DNA of 53,660 nt from Firmicutes bacterium CAG:176. GTDB taxonomy: Bacteria; Bacillota; Clostridia; Lachnospirales; Lachnospiraceae. The notes below the pieces were generated by a model, which made no database searches, was not told the DNA's origin, and saw nothing but the letters and a program-made list of their open reading frames with translations. The position numbers and the translations under genes are program-made. Of the stretch, positions 10,205 to 19,449 are shown in pieces. The stretch's first letter is position 1. The number at the start of each line of letters is the position of its first letter. The stretch is taken from assembly GCA_963623675.1 (NCBI GenBank), contig CAVFMZ010000003.1, positions 1 through 53,660 of the forward strand. Reading direction: 5' to 3'.

Positions 10205-10234
10205 GGAATCTATACAAGCCTCGTTCATATATTA
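10205..10234 (+). promoter_or_regulatory. Possible mother-cell (sigmaE/sigmaK-type) promoter of sleC
   Basis: CATATATTA -10-like element at 10226-10234; -35 is uncertain. Confidence 0.45.
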
Positions 10235-10296
10235 TAGAAAGCGGAGACGGCAGGCAGTGCCATCCGCTGCTATTATATAGGAAACGAGGTTTTTTT

Positions 10297-11559
10297 ATGC
10301 CGGAAAATGAAATGGAACCAATTCAGAGAGAACCGGCGTCGACGGGTGGGCTGCGTGTGTGGCTGGTGGAAGAGCGGACACGCAGGCCGATACAGGGGGC
10401 GCAGGTACAGATTACCTATGAGGGAGATCCGCAGAGCGAAGTGCGGACCATGACCACGGATGAATCGGGAATGACGGAGATTACAGCGCTTCCGGCACCC
10501 AATCCGGATTACAGCCAGAATTTTTCCGAGGAGCAGCCCTATGCAGAATATACGGTGCAGGTACGGGCGGACGGTTATGAAGATGTGGAAGTGGCGGGAA
10601 CGGAAGTGCTGCCGGGAGAGACAGCCGTACAGGAAATCAGGATGAGACGATCGGCATCCCAGGAACAGTTCCAGCGGATTGTCATTGGCCCTCACACCCT
10701 GTTTGGCTCTTATCCGCCCAAGATTGCGGAGGCGGAGATCAAACCGGTGACGGAGACCGGGGAGATTGTACTGAGCAGAGTGGTGATCCCGGAATATGTC
10801 ATCGTCCATGACGGCGCACCATCGGACAGCAGTGCCAGAAACTACTGGGTGCGTTACCGGGATTACATTAAAAATGTGGCTTCCAGTGAGATTTACGCCA
10901 CCTGGACCGATGCGGCCATCCGGGCCAATGTGCTGGCAATCATGTCCTTTACCCTGAACCGGGTGTATACGGAATGGTATCGGAACAGAGGATATGACTT
11001 TACCATCACTTCTTCCACAGCCTTTGACCAGAAATGGATTTATGGCAGGAATATTTTTCAGGACATTTCGGATGTGGTGGATGAGATGTTCGGAAATTAT
11101 CTGTCCAGACCCAATGTGAAGCAGCCAATTCTGACCCAGTACTGTGACGGGCGGCAGGTGTCCTGTCCCAACTGGATGACCCAGTGGGGTTCCCAGAGTC
11201 TGGGGCAGCAGGGGTATTCCACCATTGAGATTCTGCGCTATTATTATGGAGAGAGTATTTACATCAATACGGCGGTGGAGATTGCCGGAGTCCCCTCTTC
11301 CTGGCCCGGCTATGAACTGGCAGAAGGATCCAGTGGAGCGAAAGTGCGCCAGATGCAGGAGCAGCTGAATGTGATTGCGGGATCTTATCCGGCGCTTCCT
11401 GCTGTTACCGCAGACGGTATCTATGGTCCGGCCACGAAAGCAGCCGTGGAAAAATTTCAGTCCATTTTCGGACTTCCGGTGACCGGCATTGTGGATTACC
11501 GGACCTGGTACAAAATATCAGAAATCTATGTGGGTGTATCGAGAATTGCAGAACTTTAG
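10297..11559 (+). CDS. sleC: Spore cortex-lytic enzyme SleC-like (pro-region, catalytic domain, C-terminal peptidoglycan-binding domain)
   Basis: DYIKNVASSEIYATW, SFTLNRVYTEWYR, ITSSTAFDQ, QYCDG and QWGS motifs; PG-binding DGIYGPATKAAVEKFQSIFGLPVTGIVD. Confidence 0.85.
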   Translation: MPENEMEPIQREPASTGGLRVWLVEERTRRPIQGAQVQITYEGDPQSEVRTMTTDESGMTEITALPAPNPDYSQNFSEEQPYAEYTVQVRADGYEDVEVAGTEVLPGETAVQEIRMRRSASQEQFQRIVIGPHTLFGSYPPKIAEAEIKPVTETGEIVLSRVVIPEYVIVHDGAPSDSSARNYWVRYRDYIKNVASSEIYATWTDAAIRANVLAIMSFTLNRVYTEWYRNRGYDFTITSSTAFDQKWIYGRNIFQDISDVVDEMFGNYLSRPNVKQPILTQYCDGRQVSCPNWMTQWGSQSLGQQGYSTIEILRYYYGESIYINTAVEIAGVPSSWPGYELAEGSSGAKVRQMQEQLNVIAGSYPALPAVTADGIYGPATKAAVEKFQSIFGLPVTGIVDYRTWYKISEIYVGVSRIAEL

Positions 11560-11591
11560 AAAATTATAAGAAATTCCGGAAAAGAAAGTCT

Positions 11592-11619
11592 TTGCTTTTT
11601 TCTGGAAAGTGGGTATAAT
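11592..11619 (+). promoter_or_regulatory. SigmaA-type promoter for mreB
   Basis: TTGCTT-16 bp-TATAAT. Confidence 0.65.
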
Positions 11620-11786
11620 GTAAGTTGCGAGACTCGCGGGAACGAGTCTCACAACTTAACGAAAAAAATGCATAGCATTTTTTGAGTCTAAGGTTATGCA
11701 AGATAGGGGGAAAAGCAAGCCCCTTGACACCAGAATGTATTCGATGCATCATTTGAAATAGAGGAAGGAACGAAAGGAGAACTTTT

Positions 11787-12782
11787 ATGGCAGGAACAGA
11801 CGTTGGAATTGATTTGGGAACAGCCAGCATCCTTGTGTATATTAAGGGCAAGGGAGTTGTATTAAAAGAGCCGTCCGTTGTGGCGTTTGACAGAGATACA
11901 AACAAGATTAAAGCAATCGGTGAGGAAGCAAGACTGATGCTTGGACGTACACCGGGTAATATCGTGGCAGTCCGTCCGCTTCGTCAGGGCGTTATTTCTG
12001 ACTTTACCGTTACGGAGAAGATGCTGGAGCATTTCATCCGCAAGGCAGTTGGCAAGAAAACATTCCGGAAACCGAAGATTGCAGTCTGTGTACCCAGCGG
12101 TGTTACCGAGGTAGAGAAGAAAGCAGTAGAAGACGCCACCTATCAGGCAGGCGCAAGAGAAGTATTTATCATCGAGGAGCCGATCGCAGCAGCAATCGGA
12201 GCCGGCATTGATATTTCCAGACCGTGTGGAAACATGATCGTAGATATCGGAGGAGGTACCACCGATATCGCTGTGATCTCTCTTGGAGGAACGGTTGTCA
12301 GCACCTCCATCAAGATTGCAGGTGATGATTTCGATGAGGCCATTGTCCGTTTCATGAGAAAGAAACACAACCTGCTCATCGGTGAGAGAACCGCAGAGGA
12401 TATTAAGATTAAAGTAGGAAGCTGCTATCCGAGAGCAGAGGTAGACAGCATTGACGTTCGCGGACGTAACCTGGTAACCGGTCTGCCGAAGACCGTCACC
12501 GTTACTTCCGAGGAGACAGAAGAAGCGCTGAAAGAGACCACTTCCCAGATCGTGGAAGCTGTCCACAGCGTACTGGAGCGCACACCACCAGAGCTGACTG
12601 CAGATATTGCAGAGCGTGGAATCGTTCTGACCGGAGGCGGAGCACTGCTTCGCGGACTGGAGGAACTGCTGGAGTCCAAGACCGGTATCAATACCATGAC
12701 TGCAGAGGATCCTATGAAGTGCGTAGCAATCGGAACCGGTAAGTTTGTAGAGTTCCTGTCCGGACATCGCGACGAGGAATAA
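11787..12782 (+). CDS. mreB: Rod shape-determining protein, MreB/Mbl family
   Basis: GIDLGTA, RPLRQGVISDF, EEPIAAAIGAG, VDIGGGTT and GIVLTGGGALL. Confidence 0.93.
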   Translation: MAGTDVGIDLGTASILVYIKGKGVVLKEPSVVAFDRDTNKIKAIGEEARLMLGRTPGNIVAVRPLRQGVISDFTVTEKMLEHFIRKAVGKKTFRKPKIAVCVPSGVTEVEKKAVEDATYQAGAREVFIIEEPIAAAIGAGIDISRPCGNMIVDIGGGTTDIAVISLGGTVVSTSIKIAGDDFDEAIVRFMRKKHNLLIGERTAEDIKIKVGSCYPRAEVDSIDVRGRNLVTGLPKTVTVTSEETEEALKETTSQIVEAVHSVLERTPPELTADIAERGIVLTGGGALLRGLEELLESKTGINTMTAEDPMKCVAIGTGKFVEFLSGHRDEE

Positions 12783-12802
12783 GAAGAGAAAAAGAAGCGT
12801 GG

Positions 12803-12852
12803 GGCTGTTGTAAAAAAGGCGGGAATCTCGTCTTTTTTATGGCAGCCTTTTT
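12803..12852 (+). terminator. Long stem-loop terminator after mreB
   Basis: 21-bp stem with G-U pairs, GGCTGTTGTAAAAAAGGCGGG-aat-CTCGTCTTTTTTATGGCAGCC, then a T-tract. Confidence 0.75.
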
Positions 12853-12888
12853 ATCGCACTGCAGCTATGGGGAGGAAAGGGAAAAGCC

Positions 12889-15105
12889 GTGGAAATATGT
12901 AAAGGATATGTGGAACATATTGTATTTCGAAACACAGAAAATGGATATACGGTTTTTCAGATGGTGACGGATGAGGAAGAACTGACCTGTGTGGGTGTTT
13001 TCTCGGTTTTGTCGGAAGGGGAACTGATTCACGCGGCAGGAACGAGGAAGGAACATCCGCTGTACGGGGAACAGCTTCAGGTGGAACAGTATGAAATTCT
13101 GGCACCGGAAGATGAGACGGCTATGGAGCGCTATCTGGGAAGCGGAGCCATCAAGGGAATCGGCGCTGCTATGGCGGCGCGGATTGTGCGTCGCTTTAAG
13201 GGGGATACCTTCCGGATTATCGAGGAGGAACCGGAACGTCTGGCAGAGGTGAAGGGCATCAGCGAGCGGAAAGCCATGGAGATTTCGGAACAGATGTCGG
13301 AGAAAAAAGAACTCCGCCAGGCCATGATGTTTCTGACCCAGTATGGGATTTCCATGCAGCTGGCGGTGAAGATTTACCAGGAATACGGTCCGAAGACCTA
13401 TCAGGTGGTACAGGAAAATCCCTACCAGATGGCAGATGACATTGCCGGAGTGGGATTTAAAATTGCCGATGAGATTGCCAGCCGGATCGGAATTCATGCG
13501 GGCTCCGATTACCGGATCCGAAGCGGTCTTCTCTATGTATTACAGCAGGCGGCAGGCGAAGGCCATACCTGCCTTCCCAAAGAGCTGCTGCTTCACCGTA
13601 CCGCAGATCTTCTCCGGGTGGAAGAGCCGGACATCGAAGTGCAGATGATGAATCTCTGCATGGACCGGAAGCTGATCATAAAGGAAACCAAAGGACAGAC
13701 ACTGGTGTTCTACAGCCAGTATTATTATATGGAGCTGAACATTGCCAGGATGCTTCATGATCTGAATCTGGTGTGCCGTATGGAAGAAGAGCAGATTCTG
13801 AAAAAAATCAGCCGGATCGAAGAGCAGGAACAGATCGAGCTGGATGCCATGCAGCGGCAGGCAGTCGTGGAATCCGTGAAAAACGGCCTGCTCATTATTA
13901 CCGGAGGTCCCGGTACGGGAAAGACGACCACCATTAATACGATTATTCATTATTTTGAGACGGAAGAGATGGAGATCCTTCTGGCGGCGCCTACCGGGCG
14001 TGCGGCAAAGCGGATGACGGAAGCCACCGGTTATGAGGCGGTGACCATTCATCGGCTTCTGGAACTGTCCGGCGTTCCGTCAGAGGAGCGTGGACAGGCG
14101 TCCTTTGAGCGGAATGAAGAGAACCCGCTGGAGGCGGATGTGATTATCATTGATGAAATGTCCATGGTGGATGGCTTTCTTATGCATGCGCTGCTCCGGG
14201 CGGTGAGTCCGGGAACCCGTCTGATTCTGGTGGGGGATATTAACCAGCTGCCCAGTGTGGGACCGGGCTGTGTGCTGAAGGATATGATCCGGTCAGAGGC
14301 CTTCCATGTGGTCATGCTGACGAAGATTTTCCGGCAGGCAAGCCAGAGCGACATTATTGTCAATGCACATAAGATCAATCGCGGGGAGCAGGTCATTGCG
14401 GACAATAAGAGCCGGGATTTCTTCTTCCTGGAGCGGCAGGATCCCAATATCATTTTGCGGGTCGTGCTGGCGCTGGTGCAGGAGAAGATGCCGCGGTATG
14501 TCCATGCCCGGCCTTATGATATTCAGGTGCTTACGCCCATGAGGAAGGGAGCCCTTGGCGTGGAACATCTGAATGAAGTGCTGCAGAAATACCTGAATCC
14601 GGAATCTCCGGAGAAGGAAGAACATCAGACCGGCAGAGGCCTGTTCCGGGAGGGGGACAAGGTCATGCAGATCAAAAACAACTATCAGATTGAATGGGAA
14701 GCAAGGAATAAATACGGCATTGCCATCGATAAAGGAACCGGTGTATTTAACGGCGATATGGGAATGGTTACCAGAATTGATTCCCAGACAGAGGTCATGG
14801 AAGTGCTGTTCGATGATTACCGGACCGTGTCCTACAGTTTTGAAAATCTGGAGGAACTGGAGCTGGCTTATGCGGTAACCATTCACAAATCCCAGGGAAG
14901 CGAGTATCCGGCAGTAGTCATTCCGCTGCTCACGGGCCCGCGTATGCTCATGAACCGCAATCTTCTTTATACAGCGGTTACCCGTGCCAGATCCTGTGTC
15001 ACGATGGTGGGAAGCAAAGAGACTTTTGCGGCAATGATTGCCAATGCCAGTCAGCAGACCAGATACAGCGGTCTGGAGGAGCGGATCCGGGAGGTGCTTC
15101 TATGA
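12889..15105 (+). CDS. recD2: ATP-dependent RecD2-like DNA helicase
   Basis: TGGPGTGKTT, APTGRAAKR, IIDEMSM, GDINQLPSVG, TIHKSQGSEY and YTAVTRA; N-terminal HhH GIG motifs. Confidence 0.93.
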   Translation: MEICKGYVEHIVFRNTENGYTVFQMVTDEEELTCVGVFSVLSEGELIHAAGTRKEHPLYGEQLQVEQYEILAPEDETAMERYLGSGAIKGIGAAMAARIVRRFKGDTFRIIEEEPERLAEVKGISERKAMEISEQMSEKKELRQAMMFLTQYGISMQLAVKIYQEYGPKTYQVVQENPYQMADDIAGVGFKIADEIASRIGIHAGSDYRIRSGLLYVLQQAAGEGHTCLPKELLLHRTADLLRVEEPDIEVQMMNLCMDRKLIIKETKGQTLVFYSQYYYMELNIARMLHDLNLVCRMEEEQILKKISRIEEQEQIELDAMQRQAVVESVKNGLLIITGGPGTGKTTTINTIIHYFETEEMEILLAAPTGRAAKRMTEATGYEAVTIHRLLELSGVPSEERGQASFERNEENPLEADVIIIDEMSMVDGFLMHALLRAVSPGTRLILVGDINQLPSVGPGCVLKDMIRSEAFHVVMLTKIFRQASQSDIIVNAHKINRGEQVIADNKSRDFFFLERQDPNIILRVVLALVQEKMPRYVHARPYDIQVLTPMRKGALGVEHLNEVLQKYLNPESPEKEEHQTGRGLFREGDKVMQIKNNYQIEWEARNKYGIAIDKGTGVFNGDMGMVTRIDSQTEVMEVLFDDYRTVSYSFENLEELELAYAVTIHKSQGSEYPAVVIPLLTGPRMLMNRNLLYTAVTRARSCVTMVGSKETFAAMIANASQQTRYSGLEERIREVLL

Positions 15106-15809
15106 AAATAGATCTTCCGGGATTGCTGTTCCCACGCCGCTGTCCCATCTGTCACGAGATTGTGGAGGATCCGGGAGAATTGGCCTGTGACATCTGTAAA
15201 ACAAGACTTCTGCGTGTGCGCACTCCCTGGTGCCAGCGCTGCGGAAAGCCCCTCATTGCTCACGAGCAGGAGTACTGCGGGGATTGCAGCCGGAAAAACC
15301 ACGTGTTCCGGAAAGGCAGAGCAGCCTTTGTTTATGATGAGACCATGCGCCGGTCCATTGCCCGGTTCAAGTATGACGGGCGGCAGGAATATGCGGCGTT
15401 CTATGCGGATGAGATTCTGAAGACCTGTGCCAGGGAAGTGCTCCGGTGGAAGGCGGAAGCACTGATTCCCATTCCGCTTCATCCGGCCAGAAGGCGGAAG
15501 CGGGGATATAATCAGGCGGAGCTGCTGGCAAAAGAACTGTCCATAAGAAGTGGAATTCCCATGGACAGCAGATTACTGATCCGGACGAAAAATACCCGCG
15601 CCCAGAAAGAATTAAGTGATCAGGAACGTAAAGCAAATCTGAAACATGCTTTTTCCGTTCGGGAAAAGCGAATCCCTTATAAAAATATCATTTTGGTGGA
15701 TGACATCTATACGACCGGAAGCACCATGGACGAAGCAGCCGCAGTCCTGAAGGCGTGCGGTGCGGAAATGATATATTTTTTATGCATTTCTGTTGGAAGA
15801 GGCTCTTGA
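15102..15809 (+). CDS. comF: ComF family protein (double zinc ribbon plus PRTase domain)
   Basis: Four CxxC pairs; PIPLH, RGYNQAELLA and ILVDDIYTTGST. Confidence 0.9.
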   Translation: MKIDLPGLLFPRRCPICHEIVEDPGELACDICKTRLLRVRTPWCQRCGKPLIAHEQEYCGDCSRKNHVFRKGRAAFVYDETMRRSIARFKYDGRQEYAAFYADEILKTCAREVLRWKAEALIPIPLHPARRRKRGYNQAELLAKELSIRSGIPMDSRLLIRTKNTRAQKELSDQERKANLKHAFSVREKRIPYKNIILVDDIYTTGSTMDEAAAVLKACGAEMIYFLCISVGRGS

Positions 15810-15849
15810 TTGTGTTATACTATGTAGTATTGAGGTGGAGACTGCTTAT

Positions 15850-16284
15850 ATGATAAATGAAGAAAAAGTAATTCTGATGACGAAAGCATCCCTTTATGAA
15901 AATAAGGAAAAGAAAAGAAATCTGAAGATTATGAAATATTTCAGACATGATTATATCAGTGTACAGCTTCTGACAGGCTGGTTTTTTGGAACGTTATGTT
16001 TTCTGCTGGGAGCAGTATTATGGGGCGCATGCCACATGGAATATTTGATGGAGAATCTCCATAAGATGGATATACAGGGCTTTGGAATGACCGTATTGGC
16101 GCTTTATGTGGTAATTATGGTGGTCTATTTATGCATCCTGTACGGTGTCTTTTCTTATCGCTACAGCCAGGCCAGACGCAGTGTGGCCGGTTATATGCAG
16201 ACCCTGCAGAAGATTTCGTATATTTACGAGAAAGAGGATTCTGGCGAGACGGCAGATCATACGGACGGAGGAGAAGAATCATGA
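15850..16284 (+). CDS. Hypothetical membrane protein (two TM helices)
   Basis: RBS GAGGTGGAG before ATG 15850; extended -10 TG-t-TATACT at 15813-15821; two hydrophobic segments. Confidence 0.78.
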   Translation: MINEEKVILMTKASLYENKEKKRNLKIMKYFRHDYISVQLLTGWFFGTLCFLLGAVLWGACHMEYLMENLHKMDIQGFGMTVLALYVVIMVVYLCILYGVFSYRYSQARRSVAGYMQTLQKISYIYEKEDSGETADHTDGGEES

Positions 16285-17234
16285 CGGCACTACTGGAATT
16301 AAAACAGCGCATGAAAATGATTTATGCAAAATATGATATCTATCTGATTCCCGCGGCAAAATTTATCATTGCCCTGGTAGCATTTCTGATGATTAACAGC
16401 CGGATTGGCTTTATGGAGAAACTTGCAAATCCGGTCGTGGCAGTTCTGCTGGCATTGCTTTGTTCTTTCCTGCCGGTGAATATGATTGCCATATTCGGTG
16501 CGCTTCTGGTGTGCGCCCATGCGTTTGCACTTTCGATTGAAGTGCTTGCTGTGGCAGCAGGTATCTTTTTCCTGATATATGCGGTTTATTTCCGGGTGTG
16601 TCCGGGACAGGGTTATGTACTGGTACTGACGCCTCTGGCATTTGTTATGGGGATTCCCTATGCCATGCCGCTGGTGCTGGGACTGGTGGGAGGACCGGTC
16701 TGTGCGGTTCCTATGGCCTTCGGTACCATCGCCTATTATCTGATGTATTATATGAAAAATAACGAGACCATGATTACTAATTCCGAGACAGAGACCATGG
16801 CAACGAGAATGACGTATCTGGTGGAAAATGTACTGAATAACAAGGCAGTCATTATGACCATTCTGATTATGGCCATTGTGCTGATGGTGGTATACGCCAT
16901 TCGGAAAATGAGTGCAGATTACGCATGGTATATGGCCATCGGATCCGGTGCGGTTCTGAATATTGTACTGTTTCTGACCGGAGGACTGGTTATGGAAGTG
17001 CGGATTTCCGTGATTGGACTGGTGCTTGGAACTGCGGTGGCTCTTCTGATTGCCATGATCGTAGAGTTTTTCGCATTCAGTGTGGATTATTCACGAACGG
17101 AATATGCGCAGTTTGAAGATGATGAGTATTATTATTATGTAAAAGCAGTACCGAAAATGTCGATTTCCATTCCGGACAAGAAGGTAAAGAAGATCAATAC
17201 CAGACGAAGCAGGAGCAGCCGGAAAAAACATTAG
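16281..17234 (+). CDS. Hypothetical polytopic membrane protein
   Basis: RBS GGAGGAG before ATG 16281, overlapping the upstream TGA; about 8-9 TM segments; C-terminal DYSRTEYAQFEDDEYYYYVKAVPK. Confidence 0.82.
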   Translation: MTALLELKQRMKMIYAKYDIYLIPAAKFIIALVAFLMINSRIGFMEKLANPVVAVLLALLCSFLPVNMIAIFGALLVCAHAFALSIEVLAVAAGIFFLIYAVYFRVCPGQGYVLVLTPLAFVMGIPYAMPLVLGLVGGPVCAVPMAFGTIAYYLMYYMKNNETMITNSETETMATRMTYLVENVLNNKAVIMTILIMAIVLMVVYAIRKMSADYAWYMAIGSGAVLNIVLFLTGGLVMEVRISVIGLVLGTAVALLIAMIVEFFAFSVDYSRTEYAQFEDDEYYYYVKAVPKMSISIPDKKVKKINTRRSRSSRKKH

Positions 17235-17255
17235 TGCGGGATAGAGGAGAAGGAT

Positions 17256-18140
17256 GTGAAGGATATGAATCTTGGACAGCTGTATCAGTATCTGTCGATT
17301 GATGCGCTGCATGTGACGTGGACAGACGTGGCAGAGATTATCATATTGTCAGTGATCATTTATCAGATCCTGATGTGGATTAAATCCACCAGGGCATGGG
17401 CATTGCTGAAAGGTTTTGCCGTGATTCTGGCGCTTCTTGTAGTGGCAGCATTTTTCCATATGAACACCATTCTGTGGATTGCGAAGAACTTCTTCAGTCT
17501 GGGAATCATGGCTGTGATTGTGGTGTTCCAGCCGGAGATGCGGCGCGCGCTGGAACAGCTGGGTGAAAATAATCTTCTGACCAGCATCGTGCCTTTTGAC
17601 GCATCCAGAAAAGAGGAGACCAGTATTTCTGACCGGACCATCGCCGAGCTGGTGAAAGCAAGTTTTGAGATGGGAAAAGCAAGAACCGGCGCATTGATGG
17701 TGCTGGAGCGGACGGTCAGCCTGAAAGAATATGAACGGACCGGAATCGAGATTGATTCCCAGGTGTCCAGTCAGTTGATTTTAAATATTTTTGAGAAAAA
17801 TACGCCGCTCCATGACGGTGCGGTGATTCTGTCCGGTGACAGAATCCGTTCTGCCACCTGTTATCTGCCGTTGTCCGATAACATGACGCTCAGCAAAGCG
17901 CTGGGAACGAGACATCGTGCGGCAGTGGGAGTCAGTGAAGTGACCGATTCCCTGACCATTGTGGTATCCGAGGAGACGGGTTCTGTGTCCGTGGCGAAAA
18001 ACGGACGTCTGCTCCGGAATCTGAATCAGGAACAGCTGAAGGAACAGCTGCAGACGCTGCAGGTAAAATCAGCGGAGAGAAACAAGAAGCTCAGACTGTG
18101 GAGAGGACGTGGCCGTAATGAAGACAAAACTGCTGAATAA
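17256..18140 (+). CDS. cdaA: Diadenylate cyclase CdaA (DacA)
   Basis: Three N-terminal TM segments; VFQPEMRRALE, NTPLHDGA, GTRHRAA and VVSEETG. Confidence 0.95.
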   Translation: MKDMNLGQLYQYLSIDALHVTWTDVAEIIILSVIIYQILMWIKSTRAWALLKGFAVILALLVVAAFFHMNTILWIAKNFFSLGIMAVIVVFQPEMRRALEQLGENNLLTSIVPFDASRKEETSISDRTIAELVKASFEMGKARTGALMVLERTVSLKEYERTGIEIDSQVSSQLILNIFEKNTPLHDGAVILSGDRIRSATCYLPLSDNMTLSKALGTRHRAAVGVSEVTDSLTIVVSEETGSVSVAKNGRLLRNLNQEQLKEQLQTLQVKSAERNKKLRLWRGRGRNEDKTAE

Positions 18141-19371
18141 TCTGATGTGGAAAATCCTTTCCGTACTGGCGGCTATTATGCTCTGGCTGGTTGTGGTGAA
18201 TATTGATGATACCATTGAATCAGAGTCTTTAAAAAATCTGCAGGTCAGTCTTCTGAACACGGATGTGATTACTTCCCAGGATCAGACCTATCGGATCGAT
18301 CCGGGAACAGATAAAGTGAATCTGACGGTGCATGCCAGAAGAACGGAACTTGCGAAAGTGAAGGCTTCGGATTTTGTGATTACCGCCGATATGAAAAAGG
18401 ATCTCCGCTATGACAGCATGGTGAAGATTGAAGTCAGCTATACAGGCAATGCGAAGATCGACAGCATCGAGCAGAGCCGGGAAAATGTGCTGGTCAGCAT
18501 CGAAGAGAAGGTGACCGAGCAGTTTAAGGTAACCGTGGATACCAGCGGAACACCAAGTGACGGTCTGGAGAAAGGAACTGCGGTTCCGGAGAAATCCATG
18601 ATCGAGATCAGTGGACCAAAATCAGTGGTAGAGCAGATCAAAAAAGTAGTAGCGAAGGTAAATATTACCGGAATTACCGGTACGGCAGTGCTGACCACCC
18701 GTCTGGAACTGGTGGACGGAAACGGTGAGGACGTGGATGATTCCCAGCTGGAATATCTGGGAAAAGATGCAGACTTCAATGTAACGGTGACCACACTGAA
18801 TACCAAGAAGGCGGGTATCAGCTTTGATATCAGTGAGGCGGCGCCGGAAGGCTACAGTCTGTCTGCCATCACCTATAAGCCGGAGACGGTAACCATCGCA
18901 GGTGTCCTGTCGGATATCCGGTCGATTTATAATCTGAACATTCCGGCGGAAGCTTTGAATCCGGAAGGCAAGACCGGAAGGGTAGAGCAGACGGTGGATA
19001 TCAGCCAGTATCTGCCGGAAAATGTCATCATCCCGGAGGAGGATGAGCACGACATTGTTGTGACCATGGAAATTGTGGCAAATGAGACGGTGAATTACAG
19101 CTTTACACCGGATCAGATTCAATTTGAGAATACCGCGGACGGTTTGCAGGTAGACCGTTCCAACAGTGAGACAGTCATTGTGCCGGTCAGCGGACTGGCT
19201 TCGGCTCTGGCTGGTATCACATCAGACTCCATTACCGTGACAGCAGATATGTCGGGAGTGAGCAGGGCAGGAACCTATACGGTACCTGTGACACTGACTC
19301 TCCCGGATGGATTCAGCTGTCCGCAGGATCTGGGAATGACCGTTCACGTGGTATCCTCGGAAGAGGAATAA
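18118..19371 (+). CDS. cdaR: CdaR/YbbR-repeat regulator of diadenylate cyclase
   Basis: KILSVLAAIMLWLVV anchor followed by beta-rich repeats (ISGPKSVVEQI, PETVTIAG); overlaps cdaA. Confidence 0.85.
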   Translation: MKTKLLNNLMWKILSVLAAIMLWLVVVNIDDTIESESLKNLQVSLLNTDVITSQDQTYRIDPGTDKVNLTVHARRTELAKVKASDFVITADMKKDLRYDSMVKIEVSYTGNAKIDSIEQSRENVLVSIEEKVTEQFKVTVDTSGTPSDGLEKGTAVPEKSMIEISGPKSVVEQIKKVVAKVNITGITGTAVLTTRLELVDGNGEDVDDSQLEYLGKDADFNVTVTTLNTKKAGISFDISEAAPEGYSLSAITYKPETVTIAGVLSDIRSIYNLNIPAEALNPEGKTGRVEQTVDISQYLPENVIIPEEDEHDIVVTMEIVANETVNYSFTPDQIQFENTADGLQVDRSNSETVIVPVSGLASALAGITSDSITVTADMSGVSRAGTYTVPVTLTLPDGFSCPQDLGMTVHVVSSEEE

Positions 19372-19449
19372 GGAAAATAAAGGAAAGACAGACCTGCGGG
19401 TCTGCCTTTCTGCGTCAGGAACAAAACAGGAACTGAAAGGATACTCTGC

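Noticed and set aside
10240..10268. Hairpin AGCGGA...GGCA/TGCC...TCCGCT in the sleC leader, considered as a c-di-AMP or c-di-GMP riboswitch
   Set aside because: Too short and lacks the conserved aptamer motifs; at most a 5' stabilising stem
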